Below, piece after piece: positions 9,419 to 18,192 of a stretch of DNA of 64,000 nucleotides. The notes beneath the pieces were generated by a model that searched no databases, was not told where the DNA came from, and saw only the letters and a program-made list of their open reading frames with translations. Position numbers and translations under genes: made by a program. Within the stretch, counting starts at the first letter, position 1. Each line of letters begins with the position of its first letter. This DNA comes from Deltaproteobacteria bacterium (GTDB lineage Bacteria; Desulfobacterota; Deferrimicrobia; Deferrimicrobiales; Deferrimicrobiaceae), in contig JACRCO010000037.1 in the NCBI GenBank assembly GCA_016218975.1, positions 203,757 through 267,756 of the forward strand, in the 5' to 3' direction.

Positions 9419-9705
9419 ATCAATCCTTCCCCCTTCAGGAGTTCCTCGACCTGCTCCACTTGATAACGCTTCAAAATCGGGGTTGGATGGGGCCGATGAA
9501 GGTTTATCTGCGGATAATCCGGGTGGGAAAAACGAACGCGTGATCCGCCGGTTTTCCCGATGCCCGCTCTGCTATATCCGAATCCCTCCAGCATTGCTAC
9601 GAGTTCGTTCCATGTGAAATCTTTCGGTCTGGAACGGAACCGTTGAATTAACTTATCGCGTTTTGTCACGTGTCGATCATACCGTACAGGAAAAGCGGAT
9701 TGCAA
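9415..9705 (-). CDS. hicA: Type II toxin-antitoxin HicA-family mRNA interferase toxin
   Basis: KDFTWNELVAMLEGFGY...GGSRVRFSHPDYPQINLHRPHPTPILKRYQVEQVEELL is the HicA/YcfA fold signature. The true start may be the internal GTG (VTKRDKLIQRF...). Confidence 0.75.
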   Translation of the reverse strand: MQSAFPVRYDRHVTKRDKLIQRFRSRPKDFTWNELVAMLEGFGYSRAGIGKTGGSRVRFSHPDYPQINLHRPHPTPILKRYQVEQVEELLKGEGLI

Positions 9706-9745
9706 CTATTATTAGTTACACCCCATCACGGATGAGATACGTGAA

Positions 9746-9772
9746 TATATAAGGAACGTCCCCGTTATTAAG
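9746..9772. repeat. Single copy of the GGGACGTTC-core element (tatataaggaacgtccccgttattaag), upstream of hicA
   Basis: Same core (GGAACGTCCCCGTT) as the copies at 8982-9036 and 11936-12083. Confidence 0.75.
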
Positions 9773-9781
9773 TATTCGTCG

Positions 9782-10558
9782 TTATTTTTTCTCGGACCAG
9801 AGTGTTTCGAGTTCCTGGTAGGACTTGGGGAATTCGGCCTGGTAACGCAGGAAGACGGGGACCGGGTATCGGACGCCGCCTGCGTGCGTCTTCTCAAGCC
9901 CCTCGACAACCTCTTCGCTCATTGCGAACGGAAAGGTGAACGCCATCTCGTCGTCGCCCGTCATGCCGAAGACCCTGTCGCCGAAGCATGGAAGGATGAC
10001 CTGCGGCTCACCGGTTTTTTTCCCTTTGATGACGATATCGGCGCAATCACCTCGGCCGGAAAAGTCGCTCTTGATGCTGCCGCCTTTCTTGTAGAGGCAG
10101 GCGTTGAGCAGCCTAAGCACCTGCGCGGAATTTCCGTAAACCAGTACGGTGTCGGGAATGAAGTTCGCGCGGCCGAGCGGACCGGCTACCACATGGGCAT
10201 ACTCGCCGTAGTCGTATTTCTCCAGTGCATCCTCGAACCTTGCGCCCGCCTCGCGGCAGGCGGCGTACATCCCCTCCGCCAGCGTCCCCGATGAATAGTA
10301 TTCGTTTCGTTCCTCGAAGCCGAACACGGCTTTCGCGATCGGGCAGGAAACGTCCGCACCGGACATCGCAACCGCCCAACCGTAACGGCGTGCGATGGAT
10401 ATCGCCTGGCAGACGGCGACCTTTACTCCAAGATGCTTCGATGGAATCTTAACCTTATCCGGAAGCGGCTCGCCGGGCTTGAAGGACTTTATTCCCACCG
10501 GGAAAGTATGCACGCGCAGATATTTTTCGAGTTGGGCGTTCAGCGTGGCGGCGTCCAT
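9782..10558 (-). CDS. DUF169-domain protein (uncharacterised COG2043 family)
   Basis: Length ~258 aa and motifs GVKVAVCQAISIARRYGW, CP...VFGFEE, VILPCFGDR recalled from the DUF169 family. There is no functional assignment. Confidence 0.55.
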   Translation of the reverse strand: MDAATLNAQLEKYLRVHTFPVGIKSFKPGEPLPDKVKIPSKHLGVKVAVCQAISIARRYGWAVAMSGADVSCPIAKAVFGFEERNEYYSSGTLAEGMYAACREAGARFEDALEKYDYGEYAHVVAGPLGRANFIPDTVLVYGNSAQVLRLLNACLYKKGGSIKSDFSGRGDCADIVIKGKKTGEPQVILPCFGDRVFGMTGDDEMAFTFPFAMSEEVVEGLEKTHAGGVRYPVPVFLRYQAEFPKSYQELETLWSEKK

Positions 10559-10601
10559 CGATCTTCTCCTTTTCGGGGAACATTATCCCGCTTTTTCTCA
10601 G

Positions 10602-11879
10602 TCAATCCCACTTTCGTGCGTCGATGATTTTCTTTTCCCGCTCGGTCATCTCCGATTCCTGCAGAAATACGACCTCGCCCCGCAGGCGCGTCAACTCCCG
10701 CGCGGTCTCGGCGATCCTCTCCCGGAGCGAGTCCGAGGAAGCCGCACCGGCGGCGAGCAGCGCGCGGATCTCCATTTTATCCTCGTGACCTGCCCGGGAA
10801 ACCACGATCTGCGCGGCGGATATTTCCGGAACCTTCCTTTCGAGCTGCATCACCTGTTCGGGATGGACGAACATCCCCTTGATCTTGGTCACCTGGTCCA
10901 CCCTTCCCACGATACGTACGAGGCGGGAGGAGGTTCGGCCGCAACGGCACGTTTCTTCGGTGCGGATGGAAAGGTCTCCGGTGGCGAAACGGACAAGCGG
11001 ATAGATCGTGTTCGGCAGGGTGACGACAACCTCGCCGATCTCGCCGGGCCCGACGGTCTTGCCGGAAGCGGGGTCGAGGAGCTCCATCACGATCTCGTCG
11101 TTGATGTGCATTCCGTTCGCCTCGTGGCACTCGTATGCGAGCGATCCCACATCGGCAGTACCGTATGCCTGTCGGACCCGGATACCGAATTCCTCCCTGA
11201 ACCGTTTGCGGAGCGATTCCGGCAGCATCTCCGCGGCGACCAGCGCGACCTGGAGCATCAATCCGTCCCCGGGCGTCACACCCATCTCCCTGGCCTTCTC
11301 CAGAATGGACATCAGGAACGACGGCGTCCCGACGTACCCGGTGACGGACAGGTCCCTTAAAACCTGCGCCTGCATCTCGGTGTTGCCGACACCGGCCGGG
11401 ATCACGGTGCAACCGATCCGGATCAGCGCTTCGTCGAACATCAAGCCCGCCGGAGAAAAGTGATACATGAACGTGTTCTGGACGATATCGCCCTCGCGGA
11501 AACCTGCGGCCACGAAAGCCTTCTCCCATCGCCAGTGGGTCCCGTCCCTCCCTTCAGGATCGTAGGTCGGGCCCGGCGATACGTAAATGCGGCGCATTTG
11601 ACCCGGCTCCACGGAAGCCAGGCCGCCGAACGGCGGTTCCGCTTTCTGGATGTTTTTCAGGTCCGCTTTCCGGGTCAGGGGGATTTTATTCGAATCGGTG
11701 ACGTCCTTTACGTCCTCCGGCCGTACGCCCGCCTCGTCCATCTTCTTGCGCGTTCCCGGAGCCTTCTCGTAGGCGTATCGCACCGTTTCCCGGAAGATCC
11801 GGTTCTGGTATCCCGCCCGGTCCTTCGGCGACATCTTCTCCTGCTCTTCGTAATAGAACCCGCGCGTCCGGTCGATCAT
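10602..11879 (-). CDS. Phenylacetate-CoA ligase-family (PaaK / coenzyme F390 synthetase-like) adenylate-forming enzyme
   Basis: PaaK-family architecture: N-terminal YYEEQEKMSPKDRAGYQNRIFRETVRYAY, central adenylation motifs (YGTADVGSLAYECHE, VHPEQV), C-terminal ACT-like tail. Confidence 0.8.
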   Translation of the reverse strand: MIDRTRGFYYEEQEKMSPKDRAGYQNRIFRETVRYAYEKAPGTRKKMDEAGVRPEDVKDVTDSNKIPLTRKADLKNIQKAEPPFGGLASVEPGQMRRIYVSPGPTYDPEGRDGTHWRWEKAFVAAGFREGDIVQNTFMYHFSPAGLMFDEALIRIGCTVIPAGVGNTEMQAQVLRDLSVTGYVGTPSFLMSILEKAREMGVTPGDGLMLQVALVAAEMLPESLRKRFREEFGIRVRQAYGTADVGSLAYECHEANGMHINDEIVMELLDPASGKTVGPGEIGEVVVTLPNTIYPLVRFATGDLSIRTEETCRCGRTSSRLVRIVGRVDQVTKIKGMFVHPEQVMQLERKVPEISAAQIVVSRAGHEDKMEIRALLAAGAASSDSLRERIAETARELTRLRGEVVFLQESEMTEREKKIIDARKWD

Positions 11880-11935
11880 TGAAAACTCCTCTCCGGCTTA
11901 AGAGGAACACTATGAATCGGGAAAAAATAAACTTA

Positions 11936-12083
11936 CAAACAGGGACGTTCCTGAACTTTTTCGATCAAGAAATTATAAACTTTACCAAGAAAAAAGTTCA
12001 GGAACGTCCCTGTTTGCAGGTAAATTATCGTTGTTCGAAACTTTTTAAGAACGTCCCTGTTTTTAAGAGTGTCCCTGTTTTTG
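11936..12083. repeat. Cluster of four copies of the GGGACGTTC-core element, including a 25-bp perfect inverted repeat (11937-11961 / 11991-12015, 29-nt spacer)
   Basis: aaacagggacgttcctgaacttttt ... aaaaagttcaggaacgtccctgttt are exact reverse complements. Two further copies follow (ctttttaagaacgtccctgtttttaag; agtgtccctgtttttg) before the livF stop at 12091. Confidence 0.85.
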
Positions 12084-12090
12084 CGCTTAG

Positions 12091-12885
12091 TTACGAGAGC
12101 CAGCGTTTGCGGCGTTTGTAGTGTTTGATGTCGCGGTAGGATTTCCGGGCGCCGACTTCGTTCATGCCGAGGTAGAACTCCTTGACGTCCTCGTTGTTCG
12201 CCAGTTTTTCCGTCTCCCCGTCGAGGACGACCTTTCCGTTCTCCATGATATAGCCGTAGCTCGAAATGGAGAGGGCTACGCGGGCGTTCTGCTCCACGAG
12301 AAGGATCGTCGATTTCTCCTTTTCGTTTATGTCCTTGATTATAGCGAAGATCTCCTTCACAAGGAGAGGCGACAACCCGAGAGACGGCTCGTCAAGAAGC
12401 ATCAGCTTCGGCCGGGCCATGAGCGCCCTCCCGATGGCCAGCATCTGCTGCTCGCCGCCGGACAGGTACCCGGCCAGCCCCTTCCGGCGCTCCTTCAGGC
12501 GTGGAAAATAGGTGTAGACCCGCTCGTAATCCCCTTTGACGTTCTTCCCGTCCTTCCGCGTATACGCTCCGCACCGCAGGTTCTCCTCCACCGTCAGGTC
12601 CTCGAACACCCTGCGGCCTTCCATCACCTGGAAGATCCCCCGCCGGACGATATCCTCCGCGTCGCGCCCGTTTATCTTCTCCCCCTCGAAAAGGATCTCT
12701 CCGTCGGTCACCTCTCCCTCCTCGGACTTGAGGAGGCCGGAGATCGCCTTGAGGGTTGTGCTCTTTCCCGCGCCGTTCGCCCCCAGGAGCGCCACGATCT
12801 GCCCCTGCGGCACGACGAGAGAGAGCCCCTTGAGCACCAGGATAACGTCCGAGTAGATCACCTCTATGTTGTTCACTTTAAGCAT
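12091..12885 (-). CDS. livF: Branched-chain amino acid-type ABC transporter ATP-binding protein (LivF-like)
   Basis: GANGAGKST Walker A, LSGGEQQMLAIGRAL signature, LLDEPSLGL Walker B. Confidence 0.85.
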   Translation of the reverse strand: MLKVNNIEVIYSDVILVLKGLSLVVPQGQIVALLGANGAGKSTTLKAISGLLKSEEGEVTDGEILFEGEKINGRDAEDIVRRGIFQVMEGRRVFEDLTVEENLRCGAYTRKDGKNVKGDYERVYTYFPRLKERRKGLAGYLSGGEQQMLAIGRALMARPKLMLLDEPSLGLSPLLVKEIFAIIKDINEKEKSTILLVEQNARVALSISSYGYIMENGKVVLDGETEKLANNEDVKEFYLGMNEVGARKSYRDIKHYKRRKRWLS

Positions 12886-12957
12886 GCAATCCCGCCCGCC
12901 GTAGGATTTCCGGGAGATCGGGGGGAGGATATCCTCCCCCCTGCGCCCGTTGACGCT

Positions 12958-14130
12958 TTACAGCCCGAGCCACTCCATCTTGCGCGGAAGCTCGATCGTC
13001 TTCTTCAGGACCAACTTTCCTTTCTGGTACTCGTAGATCTTCGCCGACATATTCGGACGATGATCCTTCGGATCGAAGGTGATCCTGGAGGTCAGCCCGC
13101 CCGTGTCGAAATTCTTGATCGACTCGAGAGCCGCCTTTACGCCGGGGCCGTTAAGCTGGCCCTTCTTGTCCGCGATCTTCAGGGCTTCGCAAAGGACCAT
13201 CATGGAGACCCAGCCGCGGACGTAATGGGTGTTCTGGTACTGGTTCTTCGTGATCTCCTTGATGAGCTTCATGCCGGGAACGTTTTCGCCGTAAAGCGCT
13301 GCGGCCTGCAGACCCAGCGCTCCATCGGCCGCGTCGCCCGCCATCTTGAAGAGGTCTTCGTCGTTCCCCCAAAGGTTTACGAAGAACTTCGTCTTGAGGC
13401 CGAGCTTCTTGGCGTCCTTAAGGATGACCGCCGTGGAAGGAGTCGTCCCGCCGATCCATGCGAAGTCGGCGCCCTTGCTCTTGAGCGACAGCATCTGTGA
13501 GTTCGCCTCGATGGCCTTCAGCCCGACTTCCTCGTCGCCCACGATTTCGAACCCGAGTTCCTTGGCGTATTCCTTCCCGCCCTTGATGGGAGCGATGCCG
13601 TAGGGAACGTTCGGGTAGATGAACGCCACCTTGGGTTTACGCTTCTCTTTCCAATTGTCCTTGATGTACTTCAGTCCCGCGCGAAGCTGCGTAGTGTAGT
13701 CGGCGGCGATGAAGAAGTTGTATGGGGCCTTAGACATGTCCATAAGGTGCGCGGAATAGGACGCGGATATGTAGGGGATCTTGTCCTGCGCGACGAAGCC
13801 GGTGAGCGCCTCGGTGTCGCCCGAGCCCCAGCCCTGGACCGCAACGACCTTCTCTTCAACGTATTTCTTGTACTGGTTGATCGCCTTGTTCTTGTCGTAA
13901 GCGTAGTCGAACATCAGCATGTCGATCTTCTTGCCGTTGATCCCGCCCTTGCCGTTGATGTAATTCTTGTAGTCCTGGATCCCCTTGGCGTAAGGGTTGC
14001 CGACCGAAGAGGTCGGGCCGGTCAGGTCTGCGAGGTGCCCCACCTTGATGTCGGCGGCCGTTGCCACGCCTGCGGCGAGGAACAGCGCACATGCCACGAC
14101 GGCGGCGATCCGGATCGTTCCCTTTCTCAT
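12958..14130 (-). CDS. ABC transporter periplasmic substrate-binding protein (LivK / type I PBP family)
   Basis: Signal peptide MRKGTIRIAAVVACALFLAAGVATA then IKVGHLADLTGPTS... ORF-track start trimmed to the ATG at 14130 with a GGAGGGGAGA Shine-Dalgarno. Confidence 0.8.
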   Translation of the reverse strand: MRKGTIRIAAVVACALFLAAGVATAADIKVGHLADLTGPTSSVGNPYAKGIQDYKNYINGKGGINGKKIDMLMFDYAYDKNKAINQYKKYVEEKVVAVQGWGSGDTEALTGFVAQDKIPYISASYSAHLMDMSKAPYNFFIAADYTTQLRAGLKYIKDNWKEKRKPKVAFIYPNVPYGIAPIKGGKEYAKELGFEIVGDEEVGLKAIEANSQMLSLKSKGADFAWIGGTTPSTAVILKDAKKLGLKTKFFVNLWGNDEDLFKMAGDAADGALGLQAAALYGENVPGMKLIKEITKNQYQNTHYVRGWVSMMVLCEALKIADKKGQLNGPGVKAALESIKNFDTGGLTSRITFDPKDHRPNMSAKIYEYQKGKLVLKKTIELPRKMEWLGL

Positions 14131-14292
14131 TCTCCCCTCCTTCAACTTGTGGTTGGTGCCGGTTTCATCCGGCGTAAAATTCCCTTTGCCGTGGTGCCGT
14201 TCCGTCCACATTTACCGTCCCCGTACCCCCTTTCCCTTAAGGTTTTTTCCCCCATTGGATGTGACGCCAAGGTTGTACGCTCGATAGCACGC

Positions 14293-15339
14293 TCAATACG
14301 AAAACGGGTACAGCTTCCAGTAGGCCTTGATCATTTTCCACCGGTGGGCCAGACCGTCGGGCTCGAAGATCAGGAACAGGACGATGATCAGCCCGAATAT
14401 CCCGTGCTCGAAGGCGATCGCAAGCTTCGCGATGCTCGGCAGGTCGGCCTGCACGATCTCAGTCACAACCGACAGGACTTTCGGCAGCAGGATCATGAAC
14501 ACTGCTCCGAACACCGAGCCGATGATGCTTCCCAGCCCGCCGATGATGATCATCGCGAGATAGACGACGGAGACTTCTATATTGAACTGCTCCGACGTGA
14601 CGAACTTAAGCGAGTGACCGAACAGCGCCCCCGCCACACCGGCATAAAACGATGAGATGCCGAACGAAAGCAGGCGGTACTTGAAGAGGCTTATCCCCAT
14701 GATCTCCGCGGAGATGTAATGGTCGCGCACCGCCATGAATGCACGCCCCGTCCGTGTGCGCATCAGGTTCGTCGCGAACAGGATCATCAGGACCGTGATT
14801 GCCAGGACAATGTAGTAATAGGAAAGGTCCGAAGCGAACGTGAACTCGCCGATCGACGGGCGCGGAATCGTAATACCGTAACTGCCGCCGGTCACCGCCT
14901 CCCACCGGATGAATATCCACTCCAGTATGAACTGGGACGCCAGAGTCGCGATGGCAAGATAAAGACCTTTGAGGCGCAATGAAGGGATCCCGAACACCAT
15001 GCCGCACAGGGCCGTGACGACGCCCGCAGCCGGGACGCCGACCCAGAATGAGAGCCCCATCTTCGCCGTGATGTATGCCGACGTGTAGGCCCCGACTCCG
15101 AGAAACGCTCCCTGCCCGAGGGAAATCTGCCCGGTGAATCCGGTGAGGATGTTGATGCCGACGGCCCCGATCGAAGCGATCAGGATCTGGAGGAGGATCC
15201 AGAGATACTCTCCCTTGAGCATGTGCGGCAAGACAAGGAGGAACGCGAGGAACAGCCCCATGCAGACCTTGATGAAAGGAGTCTGTAAGATCTCCGCGTC
15301 CTTCTCGTAGGATGTTCGATAGTCTCCGCAATAATGCAT
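14293..15339 (-). CDS. livM: Branched-chain-type ABC transporter permease (LivM-like)
   Basis: Polytopic membrane protein with a LivM-like conserved loop (GQISLGQGAFLGVGAYTSA). Confidence 0.85.
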   Translation of the reverse strand: MHYCGDYRTSYEKDAEILQTPFIKVCMGLFLAFLLVLPHMLKGEYLWILLQILIASIGAVGINILTGFTGQISLGQGAFLGVGAYTSAYITAKMGLSFWVGVPAAGVVTALCGMVFGIPSLRLKGLYLAIATLASQFILEWIFIRWEAVTGGSYGITIPRPSIGEFTFASDLSYYYIVLAITVLMILFATNLMRTRTGRAFMAVRDHYISAEIMGISLFKYRLLSFGISSFYAGVAGALFGHSLKFVTSEQFNIEVSVVYLAMIIIGGLGSIIGSVFGAVFMILLPKVLSVVTEIVQADLPSIAKLAIAFEHGIFGLIIVLFLIFEPDGLAHRWKMIKAYWKLYPFSY

Positions 15340-15371
15340 CCGCTAACCCCTTGGGCAGTTTGCCTGCAATT

Positions 15372-16268
15372 TCATACCCGCTCGATCTCCTTGGTTCCGA
15401 ACAGTCCGTACGGCTTGATCATAAGGATTATGACCAGGAATACGAACGGCGCGACTTCCTTCACGCCGCTCAAGTCGAAGTAGTTCTTGCATATTCCGTC
15501 CGACAGGTTTTCGAGGAGCCCTATGATCAGCCCGCCCAGCGCCGCGCCGAGGATGGAATCGAGCCCTCCCAGGATCGTGGCCGGGAAAACCTTGAGCCCG
15601 AAGTGGTAGAGGGAGCTGTTGATTCCGTTGATGTTGCCGATAAGCACCCCGCCGATCCCGGAGACGACCGCGGAGATCACCCAGGACAGCGCGAAGATCT
15701 GCTTGACGGAGATCCCCATCGACTGTGCGACCTGCTGGTTGAAGGCGGTGGCCCGCATCGCGACGCCCGCCTTGGAATATTTGAAGAAGAGCGAGAAGAC
15801 CGCCAGGAGGAACAGCGACAGGACGAAGCACCAGACGAACTCCTGGGAGATGGGGAGGCCGCCGATTTCGATCATCTGCTGCGGGAAGAGCTTCGGCTCG
15901 TAGACGAGGATCTCCGTCCCCCATATGGCCGAAACGATGGACCTGAACACGAGGGCAAGCCCGATTGTGACCATGATGATGGAGATGATCGGCTCTCCGA
16001 TCATGGGCCTGAGGATCAACCTCTCAAGGAAAAGCGCGAGGACCATTGCGAACGCGATCGTCAGCAGCAACGCCGCCCAGAATGGGATGCCCATCTGCAC
16101 CACGAAGGCGAAGCAAACATATGCGCCCACCATCAGAAGCTCGCCCTGCGCGAAGTTCACGACTCGCGTCGCCTTGTAGATGATCGTGAACCCCAGCGCC
16201 ACGGCCGCGTAGATGCTGCCGATGACCAACCCGCTGATGACGAGCTGAAGCAGGTATTGCGTCGTCAT
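15372..16268 (-). CDS. livH: Branched-chain-type ABC transporter permease (LivH-like)
   Basis: MTTQYLLQLVISGLVIGSIYAAVALGFTIIYKATRVVNFAQGE is the LivH signature. Confidence 0.85.
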   Translation of the reverse strand: MTTQYLLQLVISGLVIGSIYAAVALGFTIIYKATRVVNFAQGELLMVGAYVCFAFVVQMGIPFWAALLLTIAFAMVLALFLERLILRPMIGEPIISIIMVTIGLALVFRSIVSAIWGTEILVYEPKLFPQQMIEIGGLPISQEFVWCFVLSLFLLAVFSLFFKYSKAGVAMRATAFNQQVAQSMGISVKQIFALSWVISAVVSGIGGVLIGNINGINSSLYHFGLKVFPATILGGLDSILGAALGGLIIGLLENLSDGICKNYFDLSGVKEVAPFVFLVIILMIKPYGLFGTKEIERV

Positions 16269-16278
16269 GCCGTCCTCC

Positions 16279-18186
16279 TCACAGGTCCTTCACGACGAGA
16301 GTCGTCTTGATGTTCGATGTCTTGCCGTCCTGGTACTTGATCACGGCGTCGATCGGGATCGACATCTCGCCCGCGTACATCCCCTCGATCACGTGCTTGT
16401 ACCGCTCCCCCACGAATGCGCGCCGGACCTTCCGCGTGCGGGTCAGCTCGTCGTCGTCGGCGTCCAGCTCCTTGTACAGCAGGCAGAACTTCTTGATCCG
16501 CGTGGTAGCGGGAAGCGTCTCGTTGACTTTCGCGGTCTCCTTCATGATCAGGTCGACGACCTCGGGCTTGGAGGCGAGGTCGGTGTATGTCGTGTAGGAG
16601 ATACGGCGGCTTTCCGCCCATTTACCCACGTTGGGATAATCGATGCAGATCATCGAGGCGATGAAGTCCCGCACGTTCCCAAGGCAGACGCATTCTTTTA
16701 TGTAAGGAGAGAATTTCAGCTTGTTCTCGATGAATTGGGGAGAGAACCTCGTCCCGTCGTTCAGGTGCATGACGTCCTTGACGCGGTCGATGACGATCAG
16801 GTGCCCGTCTTCGTTGAAGTACCCGGCGTCGCCGGAGTGCAGCCATCCGTCGGAGAGAGTCTTCTCCGTCTCCTCCGGGTTCTTGTAGTAACCCAGGAAA
16901 ACCGACGGGCTGCGCGAAAGGATCTCGCCGGAATCGGACAGGGCGATTTCCGTTTCCGGGATCGGCTTGCCCACGGAATCGAAATTGATGTCGCCGTCCC
17001 GGTGGATGCAGGAGATTCCCGAGATCTCGGTCTGCCCGTATATCTGCTTGAGGTTCACGCCCATCGCGTTGAAGAACTTGAAGACGTCCGGGCCCAATGC
17101 GGCCCCGCCGGTAGACGCGGTGCGGATCCGCAGGAGGCCCAGCCGGTCCTTCAGGGCGCGGAACACCAGGTAATAGGCGAGCCGGTGGCGCACCAGGAGC
17201 CCGGCGGACGGCTTCCGTTTCCTGAAGATGGTGTCGGCGTATTCGTAGCCGACGGGCACCGCCCAGTGGTACATCGCACGCTTTAGCCAGGAGGCGTCCA
17301 TCACCTTCACCTGGACCGTGGAGGTCATGTTTTCCCAGATACGGGGGGGAGAAAACATGATCGTGGGGCCGACCTCGCGGATGTTCTCCTGCACCGTCTC
17401 CGGCTTCTCCGGGAAGTTCACCGTGAAGCCCGTGAGCAGCGCGCTGGAAAGGCACATCATCTGCTCGCCGATCCACGCCAGCGGAAGGAAGGAGACGAAC
17501 TCGTCCTTTTCCCCCTTGTGATCCACCTCCATCAGGTTCGCGGCCATCGTGAGCAGGTTGCGGAATGACAGCATCGCCCCTTTGGGAAAACCCGTCGTGC
17601 CGGACGTGTAGCAGATTAGCGCAAGGTCCTCGAGCTTCGTCTCGGCGATCTTCTTCTCGTAGAGCCCGGGCTCCTTCTGCTCCAGTTCCCGCCCGAAGTT
17701 CTCCACTTCCTTGAAGTCGAGGAGGTACGGCTCCTTGTAGCCTCGCATCCCCCGCGGATCGCTGTAGACGATGTACCGGACCTTCGGGAGCTGCTCCTTC
17801 ATGTCGAGGATCTTGTCCACCTGCTCCTGGTCCTCGGCCACCACGAACGTGGAATCGGAATGGTCGATGACGTAGGCGACCTCCTTGAGCGTAGAATCCT
17901 GGTACAGGCCGAGCGGGATCGCCCCTGCCGCCTGCGCGGCGACTTCGGCCCATACCCACTCGGGCCTGTTGTCCCCGATGATCGCGACCTTGTCGTTGGG
18001 AGCCAGCCCCAACGAAACCAGCCCCAGCGAGAAATACTTCACGTGCTCGTGGTATTCCTTCCAGGTGAACTCCTGCCAGATGCCGAACTCCTTCTCGCGC
18101 ATGGCGATCTTTTTGTCTCCGAGCCGCTCGGCGTTGCGGGCGAGGAGCTTCGGGAACGTATCGTGACGGGCCAGGATTTCCTTCAT
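16279..18186 (-). CDS. AMP-dependent long-chain acyl-CoA synthetase/ligase, embedded in the Liv-type ABC operon
   Basis: YTSGTTGFPKGAM AMP-binding motif and ~635-aa FadD-like architecture. 8-nt overlap with the upstream livG. Confidence 0.85.
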   Translation of the reverse strand: MKEILARHDTFPKLLARNAERLGDKKIAMREKEFGIWQEFTWKEYHEHVKYFSLGLVSLGLAPNDKVAIIGDNRPEWVWAEVAAQAAGAIPLGLYQDSTLKEVAYVIDHSDSTFVVAEDQEQVDKILDMKEQLPKVRYIVYSDPRGMRGYKEPYLLDFKEVENFGRELEQKEPGLYEKKIAETKLEDLALICYTSGTTGFPKGAMLSFRNLLTMAANLMEVDHKGEKDEFVSFLPLAWIGEQMMCLSSALLTGFTVNFPEKPETVQENIREVGPTIMFSPPRIWENMTSTVQVKVMDASWLKRAMYHWAVPVGYEYADTIFRKRKPSAGLLVRHRLAYYLVFRALKDRLGLLRIRTASTGGAALGPDVFKFFNAMGVNLKQIYGQTEISGISCIHRDGDINFDSVGKPIPETEIALSDSGEILSRSPSVFLGYYKNPEETEKTLSDGWLHSGDAGYFNEDGHLIVIDRVKDVMHLNDGTRFSPQFIENKLKFSPYIKECVCLGNVRDFIASMICIDYPNVGKWAESRRISYTTYTDLASKPEVVDLIMKETAKVNETLPATTRIKKFCLLYKELDADDDELTRTRKVRRAFVGERYKHVIEGMYAGEMSIPIDAVIKYQDGKTSNIKTTLVVKDL

Positions 18187-18192
18187 CGCTTT

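Noticed and set aside
12121-13500. 459-aa plus-strand ORF antisense to livF and the substrate-binding protein gene
   Set aside because: Antisense to two genes with canonical ABC and periplasmic-binding-protein motifs. Low-complexity, His/Arg/Leu-rich translation.
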